From: the human T2T-CHM13v2.0 reference genome, Homo sapiens
Strand: one strand, 5' to 3'
Length of the DNA stretch: 64,000 nucleotides
Assembly (NCBI RefSeq): GCF_009914755.1
Contig: NC_060941.1
A model generated the notes under the pieces. It did not search any database and was not told the DNA's origin. It saw only the letters and a list, made by a program, of their open reading frames with translations. Every line of letters begins with the position of its first letter. Within the stretch, counting starts at the first letter, position 1. The position numbers were made by a program, and so were the translations under genes. This document shows, piece by piece, positions 41,339-55,924 of the stretch.

Positions 41339-42801
41339 GTTTGTGTGCAGCCTCTGGGTGTACCCTCAGGAGGCATCACAGGACCTGCCCCCTTAGGGCC
41401 TCCCACCCTCCCCAGGCAGGGTCTGCAGTCCTGGTGGCCACTGTGCTCCATCAGTCCTGGGCTCAGTGGGGGACCTGCGGTGTGATCACTCTGGGAACAG
41501 GCTCTCTGCTGGCGTCATGCTTGTGAACAGCCACCTTGGAGGGTTGCCCTGGGAGGGGAAGAGACTCCTAGGAAATGAGTGCAGACTTTCTGTGCACGTA
41601 GCCAGCATGTCCTTGGTCTCTGAGGAAGGCTTATGAAGCTAGTGCAGTCGGTGGAGGTTTCGGCTGCAGCTGGAGTGTGGTTTCCCTCCGGGGCGCGCGG
41701 CTGCGGTCCCACGATGGAGCGTGCAGCCAACTCTGGGTGGGGGCATTGGGCCCCGTGCTCTCCTGGTGGAGTTGGGGGCACACAGAACGAGCACAGAAGC
41801 CTCTGGTTTCCAGCCGTGCATCTGCAGCTGGGGTCTGATGTCTCCTGAAAGTAAAGCAGAATTTTGTGTGTGCGTCTGTCGGATTTCTCTGGGGAGACAG
41901 TGTGTTCATCTTTCTGGGCTTTGAGAGATTCTCAAAGGCTTCTGTGACCCAGAGGTAAAGTATGAACTATGGATCTTGGTGTTACAGGAGAATATAAAAA
42001 TTGTTCACGAGGGATTACGTGGTTTACTTGTCTGTTGTCCAGATAGCTTTATATTCTTTAAGATTCAGCTCGGATTCTTATCCTATTTTTGCCATTAACT
42101 TTCATTATGATTTTGGCAAAGCCATTTTGTTTGCTTACATTTTTCACTTTTAATGTGGTGTCTGGCCTCCCCCTCTGACCGAGACAAGCATGGCTGCAGA
42201 GTGCAGACGGGGAGGTGGCCCCGGGCAGCAGCCATGAACGTGGCCTCCCCACTGACGCTGAGCCATGGCTCCCTTTTTTCAGTAAAATATAAGCAGTAAT
42301 AGAGCCGATCTCCTTGAGTTTTTGTGAGAATTAAAGAATACATTTTAAAGAATTGAGGAGAATTTTTGGCACAGTGTGAGCATTCAGTAAATTTTAGTTG
42401 TAGTGGCCATCACAACGTGGCTTTTAAGCTCTCTTACAAAAAAAGAAACATCAGCATCCTGTTTGGCACAGTTACTTTTCTGCACAAGAGGCTGCCTGGG
42501 TGGGTTCTACGTCGGTCTCTGGGGCCAGAATGCAGGTGGCTCCAGCTCCCTACTCTGGCCCTCTCCTCCCTCTCTCTGTGCCTCAGTTTCCCCTTCAAGG
42601 GAGCTCTGGGCCTGTCTGGAGGTTAAACAAGGCCATCTGCGTCAGTAGGTGGGCCTCCGTCCTCAGCCCCCTAGGCGGCTCTCCTGGCTGGCATGGCATC
42701 TTCTGCCATTTTCTCTTTGTTCTTGTTTTTGACAGTTGTTAACGTATACGTATTATTTTAAAATTTAAATCATTAAATAACTTTCAGTTTTTTATTTTCA
42801 G

Positions 42802-42824
42802 CTCTATGATCGTCAGTTATACAG
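42802..42824 (+). CDS. TBCD: TBCD micro-exon (approx. exon 22): LYDRQLY(R)
   Basis: ttttcag|CTCTATGATCGTCAGTTATACAG|gtgag. 23 bp. Confidence 0.93.
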
Positions 42825-42925
42825 GTGAGCTTTACAAAACCAAAGTTCTTATATCTGTGTCCTAATGAAGAACTGCGCTGTCAGGAGCAGGCGGGGCGGG
42901 TGTGTTCGCTTCCCTCTCTGCCTAT

Positions 42926-43263
42926 GTGTGTTTGGGTTGAGCGGGTGGGTGTCACCCGGCCCGCTGTGGGAGGCGCATGAGGGTCTGACCTGGTTGTGTG
43001 ATTGGGTTGAGTGGGTGTCACCTGGCCCACTGTGGGAGGTGCATGAGGGTCTGACCTGGTTGTGTGTTTGGGTTGAGCGGGTGGGTGTCACCCGGCCCGC
43101 TGTGGGAGGCGCATGAGGGTCTGACCTGGTTGTGTGATTGGGTTGAGTGGGTGTCACCCGGCCCGTTGTGGGAGGCGCGTGAGGGTCTGACCTGGTTGTG
43201 TGATTGGGTTGAGCGGGTGTCACCCGGCCCGCTGTGGGAGGCGCGTGAGGTTCTGACCTGGTT
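42926..43263. repeat. 66/70-bp VNTR, ~5 copies
   Basis: ttgggttgag...gtgtcacccggcccgctgtgggaggcgcatgagggtctgacctgg. Confidence 0.93.
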
Positions 43264-44089
43264 AGGTTTTCAGCTCTGCAGGTGTCATCGCGTTTCCTCG
43301 TTCCCAGGACTTGCTGGTCATAGGCAGGGGTGTGGCCTCCCCAACCCCGAGATCTGGCCGGGTGCCTCCCTGAGGGTTTCCCTCTGTGCCTTTGCAGCCC
43401 AGGCAGCCTGTCTGCTCTGACAGATTGCTTTGCTTTTTCTAGAATTTGCTACCGAGGGTGTCACACAGTAGGAAGCCTTTGGGTGTGGTTTCTTCCCCGA
43501 CGTGTCTTTGAGATACCTGTGTTGCTGTGTGTTCCGTGGTGTGCATGTACGGCGCCGTGTTATCCACTCACCAGCCCAGGCTCATCTGGGTTTCCAGCCT
43601 TTGGCTATTGTAGGGAAGCTGCTGTGCACATCTAGACGTACAAGTCTTGGTACGTTTCACGTTTCCTGGCTGACTACCAGGAGCAGCATCGCAGGGTGTG
43701 GGGCACATGTGTGACTTCTCAGCAGCCGAGCCAACTTCCCAGACCCTGCTGCTGCACGTCCCCATCCACAAGTGACCCCTTGGTGTGGTCGGCTCTGAAC
43801 GTGGGCCCTCTGGGTGAGTAGAGGCCTCTCGCTGCTGCTGGAGTCTGCCTCTCCCCAGGGCTCCTGGTGCTGAGCCTCTTTCCCTGTGCTGACGAAGCAT
43901 TCCTGGGTCTTTCGTGAAGTTTTTTGCTCATTAAAAAGTTCAGACTTTTTGCTCATTAAAAATTTTATCGTCTATCTTATTGAGCTGTTAGAACTCTTCA
44001 TATATTCCAGATGCCAGCTCTTTGTCACACACAGGATCTGCCAGTGCTTTCTCCAGCTCTGTGGTTCACTTTTCTTTTCTCTTAGTGAC

Positions 44090-44381
44090 TTTTTTTTTTT
44101 GGAGAAGCAGTCTCACTCTGTCGCCCAGGCTGGAGTGCAGTGGCAGCATGTCGGCTCACTGCAAGCTCACCTCCCACATTCAAGCGACTCTCCTGTCTCA
44201 GCCTCCCGGGTAGCTGGGACTACAGGTGCCCCCCATCATGCCCACCTAATTTTTGTATTTTTAGGAGAGACGGGGTTTCACCATGTTGGCCAGGCTGGTC
44301 TTGCACTCCTGACCTGAAGCGATCCGCCCGCCTCGGCCTTCCACAGTGCTGGGATTACAGGCTGAGCCACCGCGCCCAGCC
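44090..44381 (-). mobile_element. AluS
   Basis: Reverse full Alu. Confidence 0.88.
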
Positions 44382-45274
44382 TCCTAGTGGCTTTTTACTG
44401 GGACTTGTGTGGGGTAGTGAACCTCGTGCTGTTCTCCTTTACCTTCGAGGGGTGAAGCCTCCCTTTCTGCCTCCTAGTCCTTCCAGGCTGCTCCCAAGAG
44501 GTCCCTTGGCTGCTCCCACCAGTTTCTGGCCACCTCCTCAGTCAGCAGGGCGGGTGGCCCTGTTTGGGCTCCACCCCACACACTGGGCCTGGAGGGCTCC
44601 TTCAGGTGCTCCTTGGGGTACTGGAGGACCCCTGCCTTGGGCCTCAGTCCTGTACTCTTCACCTCCTGGTGTTGGAGCCAGCATTTCATATGTTGCATTC
44701 TGTCCAGTTTTCTACTTGCAGGAGGGGACATCCAACCCTGCCACTCTGTGTGGGCCAGAAACCAGGGTCTCAGGAGTGAATATTTTGCCCTCCCCAGGGC
44801 AGCGCGCCTGCCCTTGTGCACCAGGGTCCCGCTGTCAGCGCCAGGGCTGGGGCAGGTGTCCCAGATGGGCAGAGCAGCCCGGAGCTCCGCCTAGCTTCGC
44901 TCATGGTAGAACCGCAGTGCACTGCTTCTCTAGGCTGGATAGGGGGCTCTTTCTGGCATCTGAGATTAGTTTCTATAAAGTAAGAGCTGAGCGCTGCTTG
45001 GAATTAGTTCTGTGATGGGATACCAGTCAGGACTAGAATGTCCAGTAAAAATTAAAAATCAGCATCACCCCAGCTAGGATGGGAGACCTCTGGAAGATGG
45101 CTGTACCACGTTTTTTCCTTTCTTTTCATAAAAGGTTGCTCATGCTCAGTAACACATTCAACTAGTTCTCATTTTAATGCTTTTTGGAGCGTGAGGTTAC
45201 ATTGGCAAGCATATTTCATGGTGTTTTATACGTCAAGAGGTTCTTCTAATTCTGATGTTTTCATTCCTTTTCAG

Positions 45275-45306
45275 GGGTCTGGGAGGACAGCTCATGAGAC
45301 AAGCAG
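45275..45306 (+). CDS. TBCD: TBCD exon (approx. 23): GLGGQLMRQA
   Basis: tttcag|GGGT...GCAG|gtaagt. 32 bp. Confidence 0.94.
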
Positions 45307-46918
45307 GTAAGTCTGAAGGCCTTTGCAGCCCTCTGCAGCCCTTTGCCGCAGCCATCGTTGAGGGAGGTGTGCTCGTGGCGTGCAGGGCGGCCCATTAGCC
45401 CCCAGGGTGAAGGGCCGGGTGTGTTTCTTCTGTGGAGGCGGCATCTGTGATGTGCTTGGTTTGTCCAGTGGTTCCTACGAGGGAGAGATTGAGAGATTGA
45501 GATTGAGAGAGAGAAAGAGGAAGTTGTGAGCTGGGAGGGGTTGCACCCAGGAGCCACTGGTTCTGGAAATTTCTCAGGAAGCAGAGGCAGCTGGGGCAGT
45601 GGGGCCAGTGCTTGCCTGTGGACCCAGTGGACATTGCAGATCCCTCCGAGCACGGCCCCAGCGTGGACAGAGCAGCCCTGGTCGTGCCCTGTGGACTGAG
45701 CAGCGCAGGGACCAAGAGCCGTTTTGGGCGAGCACAGGAAGCTCAGGCGGGGGCAAGAGGAAAGCTGAGCAGAGGCGAAGCTCCTTACACACCCGAGTCC
45801 AGGCGAACCTCTGCGCCTGATTCCCAAGCCTCTGATACCCCCCGGGGGTTAGGACAGTCGGGCATTTTTTCTTTGCTGATTCTTTTTTAGCATGTGAGGA
45901 GGAGGGAAGCGTAGAACACATTTTTTAGACTGTTCCACAGAGTATTAAAGGAAAAGCCTGATTTCATAGACATTCCTGATGGCAGCAGCCGACCCCAAGG
46001 TCCAGGGAGCTGGATTCCCCGACACAGCTCCTGGGGCCCTGCTGTTGTGGACAGCCCATCCCACGCCACCCTCAGCCCCTCGCTGTGGGACTGTGAGTGT
46101 GAGTGTGGAGGCACAGCTGGTGAGGAAGCTTGGAAAAATCGCGGTTGTGTGCAGACTTTTGCTGAGGTCTGCGTGGTCTGAGCAGAGGAGAGCAGGCTGG
46201 GATTCGGGGAACCCACGGCCGGATGTCAGGGCTGTACCAGCCTCTTGTGCTTTCTGTCCACACCTCCCAGCCCTGACCTGATAGGGACCTGCCCGAGGCC
46301 TGCAGCCATCTATCTCCAGCCAGGCTGGCCGGGCTTCTGTACTGAGAGCAGCCAGCTTGCATTTCTGCTGGTGTTAGCTCAGTGTTCTCATGAGTCTGAT
46401 GGACGTCACGGGAAAGTCAATCCTAGAAACGTGAGCCAGTTTCTGTCAGCTGACGTCAGAGGCATGGGACTGCCAGTTCTGCAGGTGGTCCCTGTTGGCT
46501 AAGACCGGTGTGTCATGTTTTGGATGTAGACTTGGTCATTGTCCCTCAGATGCCTCCAGAGCACACGGTGCAGGGGTGTCACCTTTCCGACGTACCCATG
46601 GGTGCCCGGAGTTGCCTCCTTAGTGGGATCAAGACCATCCCCCACATGTCATGGACAGCTGGTGACCTGTAAGCCGTTTCTGGATCTAGGAGTTTGGCTT
46701 GGGATGGAGTGGGGTGTCGAGTGCTCTCAGAAGGGTTCAATGTCCCCCACTTCCCACCCACGACACGGGTCGTGCCCTGGAGATGGCAGTTGGAGGCAGT
46801 CCTACGACCTTCACACGACCTTCACGTGCTCCCCGTGTGCTGCGGGGTCTGCTTTTAGGGTCGCTCTTGGTGTTTGAGCAGTAAGTCTGCACAGGAGCCA
46901 CTGCCCACCATGAAAGGG

Positions 46919-47141
46919 GGGAGTTAAAGGCGTTCCGAATCCCTTTGGCCAACGACGGAGTTGAAGGTGTTCTGAGTCCCCGTGGCCGGCGGCGACAGAG
47001 TTGAAGGCGTTTGGAGTCCCCGTGGCTGGCGGTGATGGAGTTGAAGGCGTTCCGAATCCCCGTGGCCGGTGGTGACGGAGTTGAAGGCGTTCCGAGTCCC
47101 TGTGGCTGGCGGCGATGGAGTTGAATGCGTTCCGAGTCCCC
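46919..47141. repeat. 40-bp VNTR, ~5.5 copies
   Basis: ggagttgaaggcgttccgagtccccgtggccggcggcgac. Confidence 0.92.
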
Positions 47142-49521
47142 AGGACGCCATTTTGGCTGAATTTCCTTTACCCTCCTGCTCCGTGAAGCGGGGCCCATTG
47201 GGGAGGTGCTGCTCTGTAATCTGCTCTTCTTCTTGAATGTGTGGTTAGGGCAGCCACATTGATGTCCCCCAGGCTCCAGAGTGACCGCCCCTTAGGGGTC
47301 CTGCTGGGCGTTGGCCGCTGTTGGCCGCAGGGCACCGTTGGCCTGTGCATTGCTGCCACCTACCCATGATGGGCAGAATTGTCACGAGCTCAGGAGGAAA
47401 CCATGGAAAAACCGCAGGTCCTGGAGCCTCCGTGTGGTTGTCGTGGGCAGCTTTCCACGCGACGTGCCCTCCCTGGGCGTGAGGCTGCATTTGCACTTAG
47501 CGGGGAGAGGGGGAATGTTGTGGGTTCTAGTTGGGCTTTTTGATGATGATATTTGGAAAGACTTGAGACAAAGTAGCCACCCTGTCCTGTCCCTTCCTCA
47601 CCCACCACACCGACTGCTCCCCGCTGGCAGGCACTGCAGGCTGCACAAGTAACCGTGGAACCTAAACACTCATGTGCTTCGTCCGGGTTTTAAAAAGGCG
47701 CCCTTACCGCGGTTTCGGTGTTTGGCGTCTTCACGCCATCCGGGTTCTCGGTGCTCTGCTCTGAAGGATGGTGGAGGGCTGTGGTCTGTTGTTGGGGGTG
47801 CTGGGTGCAGGGTGGTTTCTGTCTGCCTCTCTCTACCCCCAACTCCAGCTTTCCCACCCTGCCCTCTGCTCTGGGGCACGTGTGCTGTTGGGATGCATCC
47901 CTCAGGGTTCACGGCAGGGTGTGGATTGCTGGGGGGCATCGTGGAGAAGGGCATCTTTATGGGAGGCATCCCTGCTCTGGGCCCCCTGCCGGCCTCCAGC
48001 TGTGTCTGCACCATGAGTGTGTTCGCTGGAGTGCGGCGTTTGCACTCCCTCACACCGCTGAGTGCAAACGCGGCACTCCTGCACATGTCGCCTGGCACCG
48101 TGGCGGGCGTGTCCCGTGGAAAGCTGCCCATGCTGCCCACGCCCTCCCTGGGGGCCCCTTGGCTGCCTGCACTCCCCAGCCGTGACCTCAGCTCCCGGCG
48201 CCGGCCCTCCTTGTGCAGCTCCTTCCCCTCCATGGCCTTTGCTGGCCCCAGGAGACTCTGGCCTGCAGGCTCTGAAGCCGGCTGTGTCCCTGGTGATCCT
48301 GACTGAGCCTTGGTGTCAACTCAGGTTTTTTTCTCCTCCTCGTTCATTTTTACACTTCGTAGGAAATTATTTTCCCTTTCAGCTTTCAAGTAGGAATAGT
48401 TCAGAAGGGGAAATAGTTCTGCATAGCGTCTGTGGTCTTGGCCCCGCATCTCCCAGTCCCACATTTTAATTTTTCCAAAGGCAACCCTTTCAGTTTTTTA
48501 GCTGTCTGTTTTCCTTGCTTCTGTATTTCTGAGTTCTGTATGTACGCAGCTGTTTCCTGATATCCTTAGTTTTAGATGTGTTCTTTCAAGTGAGACAAGA
48601 CTCCAAGCTCTTGTCGGGGTGAGAAATCTGCGGGTTCACGGGCTACATGTGGGAGACGGGGAGGGGCTGCTGGTCACTTTCTCACCCAGGCCAGAGGATG
48701 GCGCCCTTACCCCCGAGGACGCCGGCATGTCGGTGACATGCCGCCCGCAGGAGCATCAGGTGCGCCCTGGCCGCAGGTGCCCCGGAGGTGTCGAACCGCA
48801 GATTTCTTCAGACGTTTTTTGCACATTTTGTGGGAAAAGTGGCTCAACCCTTGGGAGTCGTCTGCGTCCCCATATCAAAGAAATGTCATACAGGTTGGCC
48901 TTTGTCGTGAATATTCACGAGAGGAGATGAACATCCTGGATGTCCTCAGCGTGGCCTGAACTGAGCTGCTTCCCCCGGTGCCAGGAAGATGAGCGTCCCC
49001 TTGTCTCCGTCTTAGTCTCAGTGGCTCTTGCATTTCATGCTTTAGAATCAAAGGAAAGAAACAGGAACTCTGTTTAGTGAAGCAGCGATGAAGGAGGGGT
49101 TTGTCAGTCAGGGTGGACTGCGTTTTGCTCTTGAAACAATCCCCAAGTTTCAGTGTCTTAAAACCACAGGTGTTTTTTTATCCTGCTCACATGTGGATCA
49201 CCGAGGGCAGGGGCCGGGAGGAAGGGGGTCATCTGGCTCACAGCCTTGCACCAGAGGCGTCACGAGAATCAGGAAAAGTTCTCCTCTCATGCCGAAGACG
49301 GGAGGGAAACCAGAGGCACTGGTGAGCCTTGAGTCGGCCACAGGTGTGTGGAGGATCGTGACTTAGCAAGCCGGGGACACGCTGTTAATGGACTTCCTGC
49401 TGTGGGGGTGAGGGCTCCGTGCTCCATCTCTGATGCCCTGAACACACCTGCCACCTCCCCTGTCCCCTCAGCAGAGACATGGCCGGTGCTGTCGTGCCTT
49501 TCGCTTTTACCTGTATCTTAA

Positions 49522-50052
<531 letters not shown>

Positions 50053-50466
50053 TGATTCTTAAAGGTTATTTTTGCTAAGAATGAAACTTTAGTTTGCATT
50101 TATTCATTCGTTTGTGTTTTGGCACTTTAAAGATAATAGTCTCTTGTCTTCTGGAGAGATTAGCTGCCAGTCTACTTATTACTTTATTGGAGACAATCTT
50201 TTAAGTTTCGCTGGCTTCTTTTGAGATTTTTATCTTTATTTGGTTTTCAGCACTTTTACCGTGATATTCCTAGAACAAGTTCCCTTTGTGTTTATCTGAC
50301 TTGGGGCTCTAGGGTTCATACTTGTTCCATAATCTGTATTTTCTGTCGACGTTTTGTTCACTTTAGAAAAATTCCTAGCCATGATCTCTTTGAACATTGC
50401 TCACTGGCCTCTCCTCTCCTTTTGGGACTCTTATTACCCACGTCTTGTCTGGATCACCGCACTTAA

Positions 50467-50832
<366 letters not shown>

Positions 50833-52155
50833 TGATTTAAATTTCATTGTCACAAATTCTTTCAGGTGTGCCTTATCTGCCGTTAAACGCATCCTTGAAT
50901 TTTTTTATTTTTCAGAACTTATTTTTTATAGTTTTCATTTTTTTCACATCCTGGAACATATTAAGCATGGTTTAAAATCTTTGTTTAATGTCATCATCTG
51001 GAGCCTCTGTGGCTGTTTCTGAAGGACGGTATATCATACATGAAAAGCATCTCCACCAAGCTGCAGGAACAAGACATTACAGAAATGCTTTGAGGTCTGC
51101 AATGTTCTCCTCTCCCAGAGAGACTTGATGTTGGCTCTTGACGGGAGGCGGGTGCTTGCTGTCGGGGTCACCTCCATTGGGTTTTGGGACGTAGGAGGGG
51201 TCCGTGCTGGGCTGGCCCACGTTTTACACCTATTTCTAGGTGTGGTCCTCTGGGTTCAGAGCCTGTGGTGAGGGCTCTACCGCTTCTCCCTTTGGTCATC
51301 CTGGACTCCCGTTCTCCTGCTAGCTGGAGATGCTCCTGGATGCACTGTTGGGGGTTTCTGGTTCTTGTGGCGCCCCCTGGAGTCAGCCGTGAGCCGGGGA
51401 GAGTTGGCCCCCGCCGCTCTGTCCCTCTCAGGTCTTCGTGAGCTCTCTGGTAACTGCAGGCACTTCCTGTGTGTTTTCATTTTGTCTGGCTTTTAAAAAT
51501 GTCTTAGTGGAGGGTTGGTCTGCGTTATCTAGTCTGTTAGTTTTTAAAAAATATTCTTCATTTCGAAATAATTATAGACTTACAGGAAGTTATGAGATTA
51601 GTAATAGAGCCTGGCTGTGCTTCCCATGCTTCCTCCGCGGTGACTCCGGGTATGACAGTGTTGGAGCCGGGACTGCGGTGTCGAGGCCCTGCCTCTAACT
51701 GGACTGCAGGCCTGTGCGGTTTCGTGGCTTCATGTGTGTGTGGAGTGGCCATGTGTGTCTAGTTTCGTGCAGATTGATGCCCTGTGTAGATTTCTGTAAC
51801 TAACTCCACACTCAAATCAGAAACCTGCGTCCTTCCCACAGAGACAGCCCCTGCCCTTTGCATTCTCACCCTGCCCCCCTGCCACCAGTCTGTCCCTTCT
51901 AGAATATGCCATGATCGACTCGTATGGTCGTGGCATTTCGAGGTGGGCATTTTCTGTGAGCGTGGTGCCGAGACCCCATCCAGCTGTCCATGTGTTCACA
52001 GTTTGTGCCTTCCTAGCCCACGGTTGGGTTTTACCAGAGTGTGTTCGACCAGCACTCAGTAGAGTACACTGGGGCTATTTCTATCTGTTGCTGTTGTGAA
52101 CAAGGTTGCCAGGAATATTCCTGTGCGAGATGTGGGTACAAGCCTTTTCATGTCT

Positions 52156-52272
52156 ACCACTGAGTCCCGTGTGCCGTTTCGTGAGAGGCTGAGGCACCGC
52201 TTCATTCCACCGCTGAGCCCCGCGTGCCGTTTCGTGAGAGGCTGAGGCACCGCTGAGCCGCGCGTGCCGTTT
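52156..52272. repeat. Short tandem duplication (caccgctgagccccgcgtgccgtttcgtgagaggctgagg), ~2.5 copies
   Basis: Seen directly. Confidence 0.85.
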
Positions 52273-53971
52273 TTAACTTGATTATAAAATACATTTAAAG
52301 TTCACATGCAGGTGCATCTCCAAGAAAATTATTTTAAAAACTAGTTAAGACTTTCATTTCCCAGTCCTCAACACACATCAGAGCAGTACTCTGTTCAGAG
52401 CTGAAAGGATTCGCGCTGGGACAAAGGCGTGTCACTTGAGTGAGTGATGGTGTCACAGGTGCCCACGTGGAAGAAGGTAAAGTCGTATCTAAAACTAAAT
52501 GTGAGAGTAACTAATAACTTACGCATAAAAACTACCATCATAAAAATCCTCGAAGAAATTTTAGGAGACGTTGTAGGACAGTGTCAGTCTCTGAAGAAAA
52601 CTTCTTAGTTTAGAAATTTTCAAATCTGCGCAGAAGTAAAGAGAAGTAGTTTACGGGGGGGGCCCAGAGTCTCGCCCGGCGCTTCCTTTCTCCTCCCCTC
52701 CTCTGAGTTTAAAGAAGACCCTGAATGTCAGGTCCCAGCAGCCCCTCGCTGGGTTTTTCTAACTTGTGGTAAGAACTGGTTTTCTGGGGTTTTTTGTTTC
52801 TTTTTGTTTCCCCCCTCTTGGCATGTAATCCCCAGCTAACAGATTTTATAATAATAATTCCACAAGGTAGAAACAAAAGGAGATAATTATGTTGGGCCTT
52901 ATATTGAAGAATAGACCATGTGTAGGTTGGTAGGGAAAACGGAGATTGAGAATAAACGTCTGTTCTACAGTCGAAAAGGTAAAAAGTTAATTAGTGTACA
53001 AAGACTAAATTGTAAAACTGCCTGTGACAAGGTAAAGGATCCAGTATGAAATGGGGCAGAGCAGACGTGTGGGCATTTCATGCAGAAGAGGAGCAGACTC
53101 ACGTGGCCGTGGACGGTGAGGGTGCCGGCCTCACCTCGGAGGCATGGAAGTACCAGGTTACTTCACATCGAGAGGACCGTTTTCCTCTTTCCAGTCGGCT
53201 GCGGTTGGCACTGAAGAATCTTGGTGCTGACAGACACAGAGCAGGGTCTCTCGTGGAACAGGAGTTGTCTGGTCTGTTCAGTTTGATGAGTGGCAGTATC
53301 TGTGACGATGGGAAGTGTGTGTGTGGTCCCTGTCCTGTGTGCAGGGACGCCAGGTGGACCGACGGCCTCCGCATCTGTAGCACGGTCAGGCCTCCTTGTT
53401 CACGGTGACAAAAAATGGAAGGAGAGTTTAGTCCCTCAGGAGAAATAGCAAATACCATGAACAAGTGTGCAGCAGGCGTCTGCGAGTGGGTTCCGTTGTT
53501 AGGTAGAGACCGTGGGAGCTAGAGCAGTGTGTGGCCGTGGGAGCTGCTGATGCTGTCCAGTCGTCTCTGTCTCGTGCGTCCTGGCCCCCTCGTGGCTGGT
53601 CAGGGCCACGTTTCTGGTCATGGAGAGTGTGAGTGACGAGCTATGTGGGGAAGTGACAGGCATGACCTGTGGTCTGGAGCATTGCAGGTGATGGCTGTCT
53701 GTCGCTTGGGTCCTGAGTGACAGGTCTAGGAGCAGAAGCCGCTATGCTTCCCGTACAGCCTGTCACAGGGACGTCTGCAGCTCCCTGACAGGCCGGCCCG
53801 GCTTCTCTGAAGTGCACGTGGGCTCACACATGGGCCTTCTGCCACGTGGCTGGGTCTGCAGCACTTTCTTCAGGCTGCTCAGCGGAGGAGGCGTCTTGGG
53901 CTTCTCATGGTCGTTCTGAAATGGTTCTGGGATGTTTCCAGCCCTGGCAGCAGGGTAGGTTGGGCGGGTGA

Positions 53972-54160
<189 letters not shown>

Positions 54161-55009
54161 TAATAATAGCATTTTCTTACAGAATGACTTCAGATTAAAA
54201 GGTAAAAATGAACCTGTTAGGATGGGGGCGATAAACGATTATAGCTTAAAGGTTCAAGATATTAATCGGATACGTTGCCTTGAAGTTGTTACAAGAACCT
54301 GCTTAAATAATGGGTACCCACCGCCCTCTCCCCCCAACACAGGAGGGCCCTTCCCCGCCGTCACCTCAGTACCCCCACCTCCTCGCTTCCATGCCCAGGG
54401 CCCGGCACTCTGGGTCAGTTCTTCTCCCAGGCAGACAGTCGGGAGCTGCAGCCACCCAGGCCCTCGTGGACCAGGAGCGTGCCGGCCGCCGACACCACGG
54501 ACCCTGTGGGCAGAGGCGGCTCCAGTTCCTCAGCAGCCCCCCACACTGGGCTGCCAGAGCACAGTGAAGGGAGCCCCCAGGGCTGTGGTGTCCCGGGGCT
54601 GTCTCAGCAGCCTCAGAAGTTAGGACTTTTTTTTTGTTAATTGAATAGCCTTCACATTTGTTGCTTGTGCAGGATCTAATTGAGTTAAAGATTTGGGTTT
54701 ATATTGGTGGGAGCCGGGGGAGACCGTTTGAAGGAAAAGATTTAGGGGTAACAAAAGAATAAAAGTTTCCCAAAATGTGATGTATAAAAATTTACAGAAT
54801 GCTGGTATTTCCCTCAATAAGAGCTTACACAATTTAACAGCCATGAGAGGAAGGGGCCTTAGACTTAACACAACGTGGAGAATGTTCACTTTGGCTTTTC
54901 CACAGATTCCTCTCAAAGGTTACCATCGACTTTAAGATTAGTATTAATAGAAGCTGTTTTTGCTGTTGTTTTTGATTTCATGGTGTTTTTGATTGCCTGG
55001 GTACGCTAA

Positions 55010-55108
<99 letters not shown>

Positions 55109-55639
55109 TGAGCATGGGCGTTCCCGGCCGGCGCTGTGGCGGTGTTAGTGTGTTAGTCACGGATGGTGTTTGTGTTGGCGACTGTGCATCATGAGGCTGT
55201 CCCTGCAGTAGCCTGATAACTGACAAATGGGGGCATAATTCTATTTGGAATCCCGGATGGTAGCGTCTACACGGTTTATAACCAGAAAATCCAATACAGC
55301 CATTGGAATCCGAATGTTTAATTTTTTATTGCTTCTGGCTGTTTTAATTATAGTTACCTTTGAAATACTTTTTCTGCATCAATAGTAACTGTGCTCTGTT
55401 GAGTTCCGTGTCCTGTAGGATCTGAGGTTTGGAAACTCCCTTTATGATGCTCCTGTGCAGATGAGAAAACAGCACCCCAGGACCTCTGCTCGCACACATT
55501 GACCTGGTCATGTTGTGTGGGTGCCAGTGTGTGTGTGTGTCCCCGGCCACCTGCCCTCCCCTCCCGTCCTGGGGGTTACAGGTGGACTTTGGACTCACAG
55601 AGCTGTAACGCTGATCTCATTGCATAGATAAGAAACCAT

Positions 55640-55924
<285 letters not shown>

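Noticed and set aside
44140-45015. 291-aa ORF and the many Alu-derived ORFs (...AQAGVQW...)
   Set aside because: Antisense Alu translations running into GC-rich intron.
53046-53408. 120-aa ORF MKWGRADVW...
   Set aside because: Lies in a GC-shifted old L1 3' fragment inside a TBCD intron; no independent coding evidence.
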